A stretch of DNA of 64,000 bases from Catajapyx aquilonaris (GCA_000934665.2 KZ538072.1:62001-126000); one strand, 5' to 3'; counted from the first letter of the stretch, positions 50,442 to 63,612 are shown. The notes: a model not told the origin generated them from the sequence alone. Program-made: numbers and translations.

Positions 50442-50727
50442 GGCCGACACGGTGGCGGAGTGGTTAGCGCCACAGCCTTCCACCTCTAAGGTCCCGAGTT
50501 CGATCCCCGGGTCGGACGGAGGATACTATGTGGATAGAGTTTTGATGGGTTCTCTCCGTGTTCGCGTGGGTTTTCTCGGGGTTCTCCCGTTTCCTCTCAC
50601 AATCAAAATCCATCACAGGGCAGGCAATGATTAAAGACGGTTGACGAAAAGATGATCCCCCAAGAGGGCTAAGGAGCCCTATCACGGGGTATCCATTATT
50701 AATAAAAAAATAATAACAACATAATAA
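50442..50727 (+). mobile_element. tRNA-derived SINE (family 2) with V/Meta-SINE-like central domain
   Basis: A-box TGGCGGAGTGG, B-box GAGTTCGATCCC; body GTTCTCTCCGTGTTCGCGTGGGTTTTCTCGGGGTTCTCCCGTTTCCTCTCACA closely resembles the V-SINE conserved domain as I recall it; A-rich tail; possible TSD AATAAAAATTAA (50427-50438 / 50728-50739) in a low-complexity AT-rich context. Confidence 0.9.
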
Positions 50728-51613
50728 AATAAAAATTAACAATATAAACTTACAGTATAATATAAAAATTAAGGAGGAATTCTCAAATTATCTATTGTGC
50801 ATACCTGTACAGAGGCTTTCATTACATGAAACCATAAAGCTATCTAAATTAACCAACTTTTTTCAAAAGCATTTCGCCAATGACTCCACCTTATCCAGAT
50901 GTGGTTTTAACTAAGACCAAAGGATGCTTAACATCTCCAAAAGAAAGCGGCAGTCATTTCTAGCCGCTCTTTTCACCATCGCAATTTTGACGGACCTTGA
51001 TGGCGGCGACGGATTCGCCATGAAGCAGACTTGCAAGAGCAGCCCTTAAACCCGCTTTGAAAAGTTGCGTGAATGGAATGACCTGGCACTGTACCAATTT
51101 GGACCCGGACTCGACTCGGTGTACCCAAAAAAATCCGTCCGAGATTGGTATCGATCCTGTCCGCGACTTGAAACGACTTGGACCACGTTCTCAAGAACAC
51201 CTTAGAGCCAATCAGGTAATAGCATTTTTTGTTCCTTCCGCTGATATATTCAGCAGTGGACAAGGCCGATACATATCTCCACCCCAGTTTTGAAACACCC
51301 TGTAAATGTGTGCGATGACTGGGAGTTTCCCCTTTTGTACCCCGACTTCCAAAGAGCAGAGGATTTACGAACATTTTGCGAACCACTAAGTTCCAACTTA
51401 ACCATTACTGCAGCGCCAACCAGTTAACTTTTATGCAAATTTCAGAGTACACATGCTGGAATTGTCCAGCCCCCGGACAGTCATACTCCATGCATCGATT
51501 CGAGTTGGGGGTTACCAGGAAACCAAATCGACTCTGCCAGCATGGCACACCGCATAAAGAAGAGCCCTGAAACCTGACACCCCTCTGACGTTGAACCAAC
51601 CAGCATCTTCTAC

Positions 51614-51717
51614 GTCACACGGGCGGAGCTTACAGTCACATGGGAGGCGCTTACGGTCACATAGGAGGCGCTTACAGTCACATGGGCAGAGCTTACACGT
51701 CACATGGGCGGAGCTTA
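51614..51717 (+). repeat. 21-bp minisatellite (5 copies)
   Basis: Consensus GTCACATGGG(C/A)GG(A/C)GCTTACA. Confidence 0.93.
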
Positions 51718-52570
51718 GTTTTTAAACGGAATATTACCCCAGCTCATGACTTGTGTCGGTCGGGCCAAGCAGTCGACGTTAATCAACCGGGAGATAGGGG
51801 GCCATTTTTCCTCCAAGCTTCTGCGGGGGCTATCAGTCGTGCAGGTTCTGGCAAAAGCCAAGACAATAAGTGTCAGGCCAGATGATGTTCTCAGCAGTGT
51901 AGAGCTTTTGCCGGTGATTAAATACAGGCGGAGGAAGGCAAAATTAGCCGGCGTAATTTTGCGGCCGATTGATTTGCCAGGGAGGAGATTTTAATGCAAG
52001 ATGGTGTTCAGCCCCCCCCCCNTCGAAATGGTCTAGGGAAGGATTGTGTTGGCTGCGCTTAGATTGCCAACACAAACAATGGGGAAAACGGCGCCCGGTG
52101 GTAAGTAGTGTTCCAACAAGACACCCCCGCCCTCCCTCTACCCACTACCACTTTCCTCCACTTCCACAGCTTTTATAGGCCGACAGAGAGGAGGGGGAAA
52201 GGCTTAGGCACGCCGTTTGCATTCCTGCCCCAAACTTCCTGTGCATAGGGAAAGGTCGTTTAGAAGTCTACCAGGGAGCTTGAACCAGGCTGGCACATGA
52301 TTACTAAGAAATCCTGATGCTCATCAAATTAGCTTTCTACCAATATGAGTTGGAAAATGGTTGTGGTGCACCCCTGTACAATTCTGGATATTAATGGTGT
52401 CGTACTGGTGGAAAAATACCGAATATTCGCCCTTTTTCCACTTGGGAACTACACCAGCGCCGAAGCGGCAACCTCACTCCCTATGGATGACAGTAACAAG
52501 CTCACGGGGGTCTGCATAAGGCTGGGGGAGGCTGGGGGTAGGAGTAGGCTACACCCAGCTTTTTTGATAT

Positions 52571-52895
52571 CCTCCTGAGACACGATGTCCAATATATTGG
52601 ACATCTATATCTTATTAAAAGCCGACTGTCATGGCAACTCCTCCTGCACCGTATGGCCTACAGCTTTGGGAGTGGTGTCAAAATTTTGCCCATGTTTTCT
52701 ATATTTGCAAATCACTTTTGTGTTTTGGAAACGGTGCCGAAGGACTTTGTAAAATTCAAAAAACGCAAAAAAAACGACCGCGGCCCTTCCACGGAATTCC
52801 CATTTCCGCCGTTCCGGGCGCCACCTCCTGGGTGGACACGCGCTTACTTCTGCACTTCACCGTCGGATGTCACTTCGATGCTGCTGCCTGGTGCG

Positions 52896-52945
<50 letters not shown>

Positions 52946-53503
52946 CTTTCGCACTTTTTCCTAATTTTTTGCCTAATTTTGGCAAGTTGGTGCCTAGTCC
53001 AGACTTAATTATTTACTACCTTGCTAAGGAGAAGATCGGAATAGCACTAAGTTCGAGTGGTACTCAAGATATGGCACTATAGCGAAAAATAAGTTATTAT
53101 ACACCAGCCACTCTGGCAAGCAAACTTAGCAGCTTTCCATGACAAAATGGCGGCCCAAGCAAAAAAGACAAAGACGACAAAAATGAAGTGCAGAAAATGT
53201 GATGGTATTTATCTTTTTCTTAATGCAGAAATGAATTTTTCGGAATTTTTTAAATGATCGCCATATGGAATAAAAACTTTTATGATACCATACTGTACTT
53301 TCTTCTCCTTGCAATTTAAAAAAAAATCATTGAAAAATGTAGAGAAGGTCTAAGACCGGATGTCCAATGGACATTTAATTTTGCAAAGAGTGATTGCAAA
53401 AAAATATGAAATTATTAAAATGGCTTCTACACCTCCCCTATACACTGCGTTCTTTCCAAGTATTACTAAATAATTGCACCAATGGCTTCTCGGGTCTCAG
53501 GAA
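52571..53503. mobile_element. Possible decayed piggyBac-like element(s) with CCTGAGAC(C/A)CG-type ends
   Basis: Left CCTCCTGAGACACG followed by perfect 22-bp palindrome GATGTCCAATATATTGGACATC (52584-52605); inverted CGGGTCTCAGGA at 53491-53502; second left-end-like copy CTAAGACCGGATGTCCAATGGACAT at ~53350. Could be one or two elements; TSD unclear. Confidence 0.35.
52898..52943 (+). repeat. (TC)n microsatellite
   Basis: About 23 units seen directly. Confidence 0.98.
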
Positions 53504-56264
53504 AGTAAAATCATGGAACACTTTGACATTTTCTCATCGAATCCTATTTCTTTCCCACCACCACCTGGGTTCGAGGAAATTCTTTTCCAGTTTCTCAATT
53601 AGACTCCCATTTTCTCTCCCGCTCAATAGGGAACTGCGAATCGCTGCGACGGACATTTTCGTCCAACTGACAATAGGGTTGACCCTCCCTGTAAGCCCCC
53701 AGCAGGTCAGGTAGGGTTGGCTCGAAAACGGCAGGGCCTCCAAATTAGCCTTGTGTGCCGTAAAGTTAGATGGAAACCAGCGGCAGGCGAAGAGGAAAAG
53801 AGGAGGAAATTAAATGACGTGGAACTTCCGACTAAGAGCATGCAAAGCCACAGGAAGACAACGCATGATCGAGGTCAACCCGCGGCTTTTTGGATTTCGA
53901 TTTAGTCTCAAATGGTTGCTCAACCCGACCCAAAAAAACGAGGAAAAAGAAATAGGCAAAAATCGGCCATCAATTACTTTGCGACATCCAGGAAACTCGT
54001 GACTTATCTGATTTTTTTTTGGAAGGACATTCACCACTCAAATATTCACGACACTCTTAAAAACCTCTTTCAAACCAAAATACCCACCTGAGCACTTGTG
54101 ACATCCGATATAATCGTGAAAAAAAGACAACATCACCTGAGCCCATTTTTTAACTTCCATTACACAAATTCCACACATTCTCAAGAGTGTCTCGTAAGGA
54201 AGCGTTTAGACCACGGTCTCAAATCAAGTCTAGGTGCATCATTCTCTCGCTAGTATAGGTTCTACTTCCTACGAAAAGACCACGCTTGCAGGAATTTTTA
54301 CTACCAATTTCCTACCAAATATAGGTTACTGCAGGCACCTCCTGCTGCCATATACTGCACCGAGCAGCTGTGCACAAAATGCATCTATACCAAGTTTTTT
54401 TTTAAAGGCAGGTACGCAGTACGCAGTTCAAAGAAACCAGGTCTGATCGGAGCAGAGGGGGAGCTACAAAGTGATAACCGATGACAGTCATGTAACCATA
54501 ATGTTGGCTTTCAGTTGGCAGTTATGGCGATGTTAGTGGCACATGGTGCTGACTCAACAGGACCAGACGGTTTTTGAAATTCTACGGACGTTCCTTCCGA
54601 CCTGAATCCAGTTTTACATGATCGGTTGAGTTCCAGACATTCTGGTATATAGAGCCTTTTCTTCCCAAGTTTGGAGGAGGTTAGTGCAAGTATCGAATTT
54701 GCTTGGAAGGGGCCATTAGACGGAGGGAAATTTGCTCCTGTCCAGTGTGCGGACTTGCTATTAACCTTACCAGGCACTTGGCCCACTAACAAAGACTTTT
54801 ATGGTCTATTTTCGAGTTATGCGAATGGAAGGAAATGAGTAATGGGGCGTAAATCTGGGATGGGAGGCGCATCTACAGGGCGGTGTCGTAGGAAATCGGC
54901 TGCCCCTAGAGAGAAGAGGGTCATTTCGAGAAAATTTGGGCCCCTAGGACCCCTCTCAGACATATGGAGCAATATGGAGATGTAGCTGCTCTGGAGTCAA
55001 AAGTCGCGAATAATAAAATGTGAAAAATTGAACTGCAGTGGTTCATTACTTTCTCTCATGCTAGGGTTGTTGAATGCACAAAATATATGCTTTCACACTG
55101 CCAACAATGGGACTGGTGACCGCAGGAGAATAACGAGAAAATGTATACAGTATATTACCACAGTTGCAGAAATAGCCTCATTTTGCAGGATCAGAAAAAG
55201 TGACACATGAAATGGCTGTATTTGCATAATGCTAGGAAAAACTTTAAAATATACTAGGGAAAATATAAGACAACATCGTGCCCCATCCATCCCCTGTATC
55301 CGAGTGGAAAAGTAGGCAAAATAAAGCTGTTATAACATAACTCATAAAATATTGAAATAATTTTTTTTACAATTTTTCGGATTAACTACAGGGGGTCTCG
55401 TCTATCAGCCCTTTAGGTACTTATTTTTACTGGAAAGTCAGGAATTCCAAAAGTAAATACCGTTTGGCCGTTTAAATCTTTCAAATATTTTGTCCCAAAA
55501 TCAGCATATAGCCACATGATGTCGCATGTCTTTAGTTATATCTCCACATATACACCCCGTGTAGATCAAAACACTTTTCGAACTGTTGGACCATACTTTG
55601 TAAACCTGTGTCGAGCACTTTCGCCCTTTGTCCTATTCCTTTGTCACTTGGTCACTCCTTAGGGTATCGCCCGCCAATTTTTTTTAGGGCTGCAAAACAA
55701 GTGGTTATTCGGTAAAAGGTCCTGCCAATGGTCTGAGTGCTAAAAGATACCCCACTTGAACTGTTTCAGACGTTGAGTAATCCCCGCCTATGAACTGCCA
55801 TTTGCAGTCAGCTACTGTCGTGTGTCCTGCTAAACTTATTCTAGTGGAACATCGTTGATTCAAACAGTCCAAACCATGGTCCAGACCTTACAAGTGACCT
55901 TTACTTATTTTACCATCTACAAAAAATAATTGCCAGGAAAGAATATAGAAGTGTAGACCAAAGAATGCTTTTGGCGGCAAGAGTGCTTACAAAATCTGGA
56001 ACTATAATTCGAAATATGTTTCCATAAGGTTTGTGTAGCGTGATAGCTAAAGGCATAGTAGTTATGGCTGTTGCATTTTGTGGAAAATTCTTTAAAACAA
56101 TTTATAGCCAAACAGTATAGTTGCTTTAGGAATACTGTAAAACAAAACGACTACCAAGCCAGTGTCCTTACAGTATTTATTTCCAAGTTAACATAGGATC
56201 AGACTTGCAAAAAAATCCTGCGGATTGTTATTTCAGGTCATCTATTCAGTTATTTACCTTCTCC

Positions 56265-56277
56265 ATTATTATTATTA

Positions 56278-56336
<59 letters not shown>
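56265..56336 (+). repeat. (ATT)n microsatellite
   Basis: About 24 units with one ATC interruption. Confidence 0.98.
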
Positions 56337-56337
<1 letters not shown>

Positions 56338-57220
56338 TAAGTGATAATATTGGACAATGCCAGTACTCTGCCTGAACAGCATGCCCCTTGACATATCACA
56401 AAACCACATACCGCCCATGTACGTGGGCTAATGAAAAACAACAACATCAGCTCTACAGTATGTCGACGCAAACATCGCATAAAATGTAGAAAGGTCCGCT
56501 TTTGTCCACCATTATCTGCATGCAAAATATCCCGCATCCTAAAACAATAGGCAGACCGAATCCTCTAAAAATGATCTCTCCTCCGATTCCTCCTTTTTGT
56601 TTTGCCCCTGCGCACTCCTGTCCACGCATACACTTACCGACGCCATATACCCGAGAGAAAAAGCATGTAACTCAATTTGCGCCAAGTGTATTTGTCGGTT
56701 CCCAGCAAATCTGACGGATACCAATAGCAACAAAATAGCAAATGGTCGGATTTTGAGTGAGGCAATAAGCGTCAGTGACAAAGTGCAAGAGAGGTTGCAA
56801 TAAGTGCCGACTTTCTTCCGGCTCGTAAACAAGGGAGGAAACTGGCAGTGCTTTGCAGGCAGCAGTTTTGGCAGAGTTTATTTCTCCGAAGTCCAGGAAG
56901 TCCTGGCACATCCTTTGCCAAACAAACTCAGCGCCCTCTTTAAACTCCCCTAGCTTTTAAAGGACATTCATTCTCTAATTCCACCTTGTAATTTTGCAAC
57001 CCGCTGTCGAGCATCATTCAAGCCTCTGCACCCCACCCCCACCCCCAGCCCACAGCACTATCACGTCCTCATCAATATTGCCTGGCGAGTTTGACAACAT
57101 TTGCATACTCTTCTGAAGCGGCCCGCTTAACTCGATTACCGGCGCCTTCAGTAGTTGGGTCCAATCTTACACATTTTTCATACAGGCGTTTGCTAAATCT
57201 GTCAAATTAATAAATATTAA

Positions 57221-57303
57221 CCCAGACATAGCGTCCTATATGTATGACATTTTTTATCCATTGTGATTAATTTGCTCATAAAAATAATTAAGGCATATTT
57301 GGG
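57221..57303. mobile_element. Very short (83-bp) piggyBac-like MITE with TTAA TSD
   Basis: TTAA|CCCAGACATAGC...GCATATTTGGG|TTAA; subterminal GTCCTATATGTATGAC; homologous to 9445-9520. Confidence 0.6.
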
Positions 57304-60300
57304 TTAATAAGTACATGGTAATTATATTAATGAATGTGACTGTGTTGGAAGCGGCTCAAAACAATACGTCCAGCCCTTGAACTTGCGGAGCGCCTCCAGA
57401 ATGCAAATCCATGTCCTCCAGCCGTTTCTTTCAAGCCTGGATACACTCCGGATTAAGCCGGAGTCAACTCCAGGCAATAAGCCCGACTTCACCAGTCAAC
57501 ATAGGCTTTCCAATATTATTCGATGTCTAAATAGAACCCGGGAACGTTCTGGCCCCGGGGCGGGTGTCCTATAGGAAGAGCCAAAGTCATCAAACTTCCG
57601 GTCTAGTCACCGGTTCTGTCCTTGTCACCAGATCCCCCTCTACCAGACACGTGCTTAAATTCAGCTTCTCAAAAATTGTTGGCTCTATGCCCGACCTGTG
57701 TTAAAATAGGATGCTGCACTAGCAAATCACGTGATCTTCAAGTTTTGCCCATCCTTCATAGTGTCGATACGATTTTTTTTTATTTTTATGAGGACGGGTT
57801 TTTTTTTCCAGCTAAGTCAGAAACCGATCCTTGAATTGGGTGGACTTGGTTTGGCAGCAATACTCAAGGGGTAACTTGGGTGCATGAAAAAGCTTTTTCT
57901 TCAAATCCCGTTGGGACAATGACTCTCTTCTGAGGGGGGGACCTTAGAAGAGTGTGTTTTTTTTTTGTTGGTCAGGACCAAATACGTAATATTTCCTGCC
58001 TATAGAAAAAAAGGCTGCACATAAAGGCTTGTGACCTCGCCATGTCGTTACAGGATCGATAATCAATAGTGCTGATAAGCTTACTATTCCAGAGCCATGC
58101 TCAATGATGGGTTTACCATAGCCCCAGTTCGGGACCCAAGTGGGTCGACGTCTCTTTAATGAACGTGGGGAAGTCATTCTACGTTTGGGTTTTCCACAGA
58201 TCAATTAATTTGGCTGCTTCGAACGAACAGCGATTATGGATCAATGGGCCGGAATGGTTTCTTGTTGTTGTTTATTGTTTTCTTCTCCGAGGTCCGCTCG
58301 GCCAAAATACAGAGTGAGCCAAATGGCTTGTTCGACCGATGTACCAGTCGGACAAGTATTTTGGATCAGCCTGTATATCTGGATACCACGGGTATGGAAC
58401 TTGTCATGCATAGTGGAGGTCGAAGTAGTTTCACTTGTGGCCACAGCAGCCTGTCGCTAAACTCTTCTAAGCTCCAACGGGCTTCAGTGGCGTGAAAGGC
58501 TTTTCCGAATCAGAAGCGGTGGATTAGAGCCCAAATTACATCTGGACATGACAAGTGTTACCCTACAGGCTTTTCCGTCATATAAATAAGCACAAGTCAA
58601 AGTCAAGGTGTCACACTGTACTCTCAGCCCCTAAATTACTTCACCTTTACTACCACCTGAAAAAAATTGCCCCCTATTTTAGTAGAAAGAAAATGAGATT
58701 ATGGAGCAACAAAAACAAACGTGGCGAAGGTTCGGATTTGCTCCTTGGACCTAGCTTCACAACTGATGTGATTGCTATCTCGCCAGCGTAGGTTGGATCT
58801 ACTAGCTTCCTTTGTCACCCTGAAGTAGTCCCAAAGGTGCCCGCCACTGACACCTTTCCCCCCTCTTACGACCTGCCCCGTATAGGGCCACAATTTTCAG
58901 TCGCAGGAAGGCTGCTGTGAAGAGACCAAATTGGCAATGGACAAACTCTTGACCAATTCATGGGGAACTCTGAAATATTGTTTGTCCTCTGCCAGTGTTC
59001 AAAAAGTCGGCTTACGACTCTACCCTGAAGCCAACTTACATTATAATAATATTGAGTTCCTGGTAGCTTGAAGGGACAACTTGAATTGCTTCTGAGGCGT
59101 ACAGTATAAACAATGTTGCACAATACCAGGGCATCCCTCACACAAACGTTGGGGCTTCGCAAATTGAAAGGGAAATTTTCAATTCAGCGTTTCTTTTTTG
59201 GTGTGCTCCGGTATGACCTCCCGGGTAAGCTTTTTGGAGTATAGCACACACAGCTTATACTGCATTCATTCTGACGTCAATCTGACATCATGCAGGCTAC
59301 CTAAACATTTTGATTAGCCCTGCTGCTATATGGCCGTGGATAGCAATAAGTCGCTGCTAAAATATGCATTTGTAATGCGAACAACAAAACCTCAGGCTCT
59401 TCCACAAACGTTAAAAAATTGACTGCTCCATAAACACAAAGGATTATAGCAAAAAAAAAGGCGGCTGAGCCCCCCCCCCCCACACATTTTTATACACGAT
59501 AATACCAGCAGCTTCGGGCCTCCCGCGAAATTACTGTTGGCCCAAGCAGCATTTGGAAGCCAATATGGTGAATTTATCAGTTAGCTCTATCCAATAATTG
59601 TACAGCTAGCTTGATAAATGGCCCAAACTTTCTTCAATACAACCTTCCAATGAAATTTCATTTTCTATGCACGGTCCTCCGCCTTTCTGTTTGGGTAATG
59701 TACTGCCACTTTTACACTCTATTTCTATACCACCCTCCAAATTCGCATACATCAAAGTCGCTCTTGGTTCAAAATATACGGGCTGAGACATTTCCGCTTT
59801 TTTTATTTTTATTTGCGCAACTTATGCAATGTCCCAAGTGCGTCAACCTTCCAAAATAGGGAGGTAGACACACGCTAAATCTGGTGCATATTAATTACAC
59901 TACATATTTCTACCCCAGGTATGTTCCTAAAATGTCTTTGATTAATTAGCAACAAATGACACCCTCCCATGTTTCGGTTTTACAACTAACTTTCCTAGAA
60001 AATCGACCGGCCACATGGACCTGAAGCGTACCTCAGAAGCAGAAGAAGCGGTTCAAATGAAGGGCGACGTCAACGGCGACTAGATGAAGCTGCGATGAAT
60101 CTAGTGGTCTCTTCAGCACCGCACCTCGAAGCGGGTCATTGCCCGTACAGGAATAAGAGGGCAGGTATGATGAGGACAACTCCGGCACGAAATGGCTGTC
60201 AAACTCTTACTTGCCTGTGCCTGCCTCTGAATGCAGCTGCCTACTCTCTCCCTCTCCTCTTCCTATGCTTTTCAATCCTGCGCACTACAAAATCTGTACC

Positions 60301-60411
60301 GGCCAACCGGGCGGCGCGCGCCGGCGACACCCCCTCTTCTGGATACGGCACGGCTGCTTTTAGAACATAGAAATGGGGGAAGGAGAAATCCAGATGGGGA
60401 GGGGGGGGGGG

Positions 60412-60517
60412 NNNNNNNNNNNNNNNNNNNNNNNNNNNNNNNNNNNNNNNNNNNNNNNNNNNNNNNNNNNNNNNNNNNNNNNNNNNNNNNNNNNNNNNNN
60501 NNNNNNNNNNNNNNNNN
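60412..60517. other. Assembly gap within poly-G tract
   Basis: Run of N seen directly. Confidence 0.99.
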
Positions 60518-61716
60518 GGGGGGCTATGATTTATAGGATGACGACTAGCGGGGCTGGGTGAAGGGTCAGTGCCTATACGGTGTGATTAACTGTCTTCCAT
60601 TCCCTTTCTACCTTCGGAGTGCAGGAGTTTGTTGCGCAATTGAATCGCCTTGGAGGTTTTTAAAATAATGAAGTTTGCAGTGTAGGTTAATTATGTATTA
60701 ATTATTCGAGTGTTGTTGAACAGGTGATTCGCTTCGTAATATTGCGGAGCTAATTACTGATGCGGTGAATTATGCAGCGTTATACTCTGAGAAATGTCGG
60801 GAGGCATAGTCCAATTTTATGGCAGTTATGGGCGTCACTAATAACATTTTTAATACTCTAGTCTGGTGAAGGTTATTAATTTTAATCCTAAAGATTCAAA
60901 ATGAGCCCGCAAGCATGATCCCCTTTTTTTTTTGCCTTCCCTAGCATGCAAACAATAAGTACAAGGTCAAATATTTGCTTAATTGGTTTATCTCGAAACT
61001 AGTTTTAGATCAGTGGATTTCTGTCGTATGTTCACAATATGCAAATGCAATACTATGATTAAAACGTTAATTATCAATAATAACGATTACTCCAGATCAC
61101 CTGTAACAAGAATTTGCATTTATTTCATCTATATTTCAGAACAATGAAATTTTTTAAACGGTTTGTAATAATTAATCGATGAGTATTTAAAAAAAGAATA
61201 TTACACTGTACCGGTAATTGAAAGAATTCAGTATGAGAGTTAGGATATAGCACAACCTATCACATTAGCTTTCAAAATAAGCTGTAGAGGGCTGGAAGTG
61301 AATGGGCAGCAGAAAGGCTTCAGAGGGAGTTGGCAAAAGGGGACTTTCTAAAGAGTTGATCAGGTATACTGTAGTTCCAGGATGACAAGTTCAGTGATTA
61401 GCAAAAAGGTTTTCCTCAGCCTTGGCGTAATGTTACCTCTGTCCTCAGCCTTCTTTTTCTCCTCAAACTCGTAATGGTGGAAACTCTAATACGAATTTAT
61501 GCCGTTGCCGTAGATTTGTATAAAACAGAATTACAACTGACACGCTCGACTACTTTCGACTTTTCTTTCCGTCGGTAACGGCCCTGTGGCGACACAGTCA
61601 GTTATTAACCGATTGGGGCTGGGTCTTTTGTCATCTGTTCGGAGCAGTTTGAAGAAGTATACCGTAATGAAATACGCAAATTCAGTTCCAGAACTTTTCC
61701 CAAACTGCAGTCGGGT

Positions 61717-61971
61717 TTAAAGTCGAACTTTCAATGTGTTAGTGCGGATTTCCATCAAGCGTTTATTGATTGTCATCTTTCTATCCAAATGATGGAGATA
61801 CGCCCCTGCTGTTTTCTTTTTTAAAAAAAAGTTATGCAGTACATTCATCAGAAGCTGTTCCAGTTCAGATTTTTCATTCCGTATTGCCATGATTGCATTC
61901 GCTAATTCGGATTTCGTTCTGCCTCGGATTTCCTCCTTTTCCCCACTTTTTATTCTTCTTTTTTTCCTCAT
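61717..61971 (-). pseudogene. Possible decayed Crypton-like (DUF3504-associated) tyrosine-recombinase fragment
   Basis: Translation ..RTKSELANAIMAIRNEKSELEQLLMNVLHNFFLKKKTAGAY..INKRLME loosely fits the T-x-x-x-L...NE-x-x-E-I/L-E-x-I/L...L-x-x-FF...K..G..Y...I-x-R/K-x-L pattern I recall from Crypton N-terminal regions. By-eye match only. Confidence 0.2.
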
Positions 61972-63612
61972 CCGGAATTTACATTGTCAACAACGAGTCT
62001 TCCAGAAGCGACTCTAGTCTCATGAAAGTCAAACATTATCTGTCATTTCCCCATGCAAAACGAGCTTAAGACAATATCGAATCATTTAGCACTGTCGGTA
62101 CATAAACTTGAATTTGTTACATCCTCGCGTCTGCAAACGAAGCTCCAGCACTAAATCACAACTCTCCTGCTGGTTCACACCTTTAAAAAAGTGGGTCGGT
62201 AAAAATAAAAAAAATGAAAAAAAAAACACAAAAAAAAGCTTGTACAATATTAGCCCCACTCTAGCTGCACGGTGGATGTCGACGTGGGAATAGGCTCCCC
62301 AGGTAAAAGTTATGACAGGCTCATTTCGCGGCTTCTCGTGTTTGAAATTGCCCATGAAAGACTCATCAAGCCTTCCGCATCTATTATTTACCATGCCACC
62401 ACTAGTCGCGCCCCCAAACACCATCCAGGTTTAACCAGGTGAAAAATGGCACCAAATCAACAAGTCACTATCCTCTTAGCCCCGTGTAAATGAAGGCTTC
62501 CCTCCCAAAGAAATAAGTTGCAAGCCACGTAAATCCTTGTCATCAACGCTGTTCAAATAAACACTAACGTACTATTGCTCACTTCTCATTGATAGTGACG
62601 GCCGGAATAGCCCTGGCGTGTCGGACAGTAATGAATATGACTTGTAAGCCCAACAGGTGAGAGAAAACACCTGAGCGTGAGGTATGGTACGGCACACGCG
62701 TGGGACACGCACACCTCACCAAAACACAATGATTAGCAGGCGATAATGGCCAGGCGGCTCCTTTTATCGGAATAGGCATTTTGTGGCCCCTGCTGTCTCA
62801 TTCAGGCAAAAATCCGCCCAGGCAGTTGTACTAGCTCACTCGATATGCCCACATACAAACACACTCTCACGCACATCTATACCCTCCCACCTACCCCCAC
62901 CCACGCAAGCAGGTATTGATCCCTAGACATCAACCAACCAGCCAGGCTGCTATCATGTTCGGCAGCTTCCAATTTTCAATTTCCCATTCCATCATCACTA
63001 TTGTTTTCGCATTAAATGCTTGTTGCCCGCACCACACGATAAGGTATATGTGTCTGTTTTAGTGGTGGCCGCAAATGTGTACTTGCTTTGGTAATTGCGT
63101 GCGTGCCCCGCATTTGCCTATCTCTTCAACCCGCACAAAAATTGCCACCAATCGTGGGGTCCTAAACTTGGCGGGCACCAATAAGGGGTGGTGGGGCCCT
63201 TTGGTGTAGATCGGTATTGTGCAACTTCATTATTCGTGTTTGTTTGCAATTATGTCGGGCACTGGTTGGGTGGAGCATGTCCACATGCTCAAATATTTCA
63301 CATGCAAGATGAGAAGAATTGGATTGCCGGGGATTGGTAAGTAGAGGTTTGGCATGTTACACTTACAGGGTGTTCCAGATGAATTATTATTGGGTTGGCA
63401 CATTTGGGCGCAAAGCTGCTAATTATTGGTCAGCAATTACTCTGCAGAATAATTGCAAAAAAATAATTAAATAATTGCATTGAATTGATCACAAAATTCT
63501 TAGGTTCAGTGTTGTAGCAACAAATTAAGAAAAACGACAATTATGTACACGTATTCACGATACAGAAATATTTTTGGTACAATCTGTCATTATAGGGAAC
63601 ATTTGGCATTAG

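Noticed and set aside
50442..50515. tRNA gene
   Set aside because: Anticodon arm does not fold; it is the head of a SINE.
58244..58495. Small secreted peptide (hydrophobic N-terminus MGRNGFLLLFIVFF)
   Set aside because: The hydrophobic stretch arises from a T-rich low-complexity tract; no recognisable mature domain or gene structure.
61499..61700. Plus-strand THAP-like motifs (MP.., FP..W, ICSEQF)
   Set aside because: Motifs lie in three different frames with stops, the FP-W spacing is short and the conserved His is missing.
29848..63385. Solo mariner-like termini (TACAGGGTGT at 29848 and ~63364; ACACCCTGTA ending ~51304) as ends of a large element
   Set aside because: Sequences adjacent to the termini do not match each other and no transposase is present; they are more likely independent truncated MITE ends.
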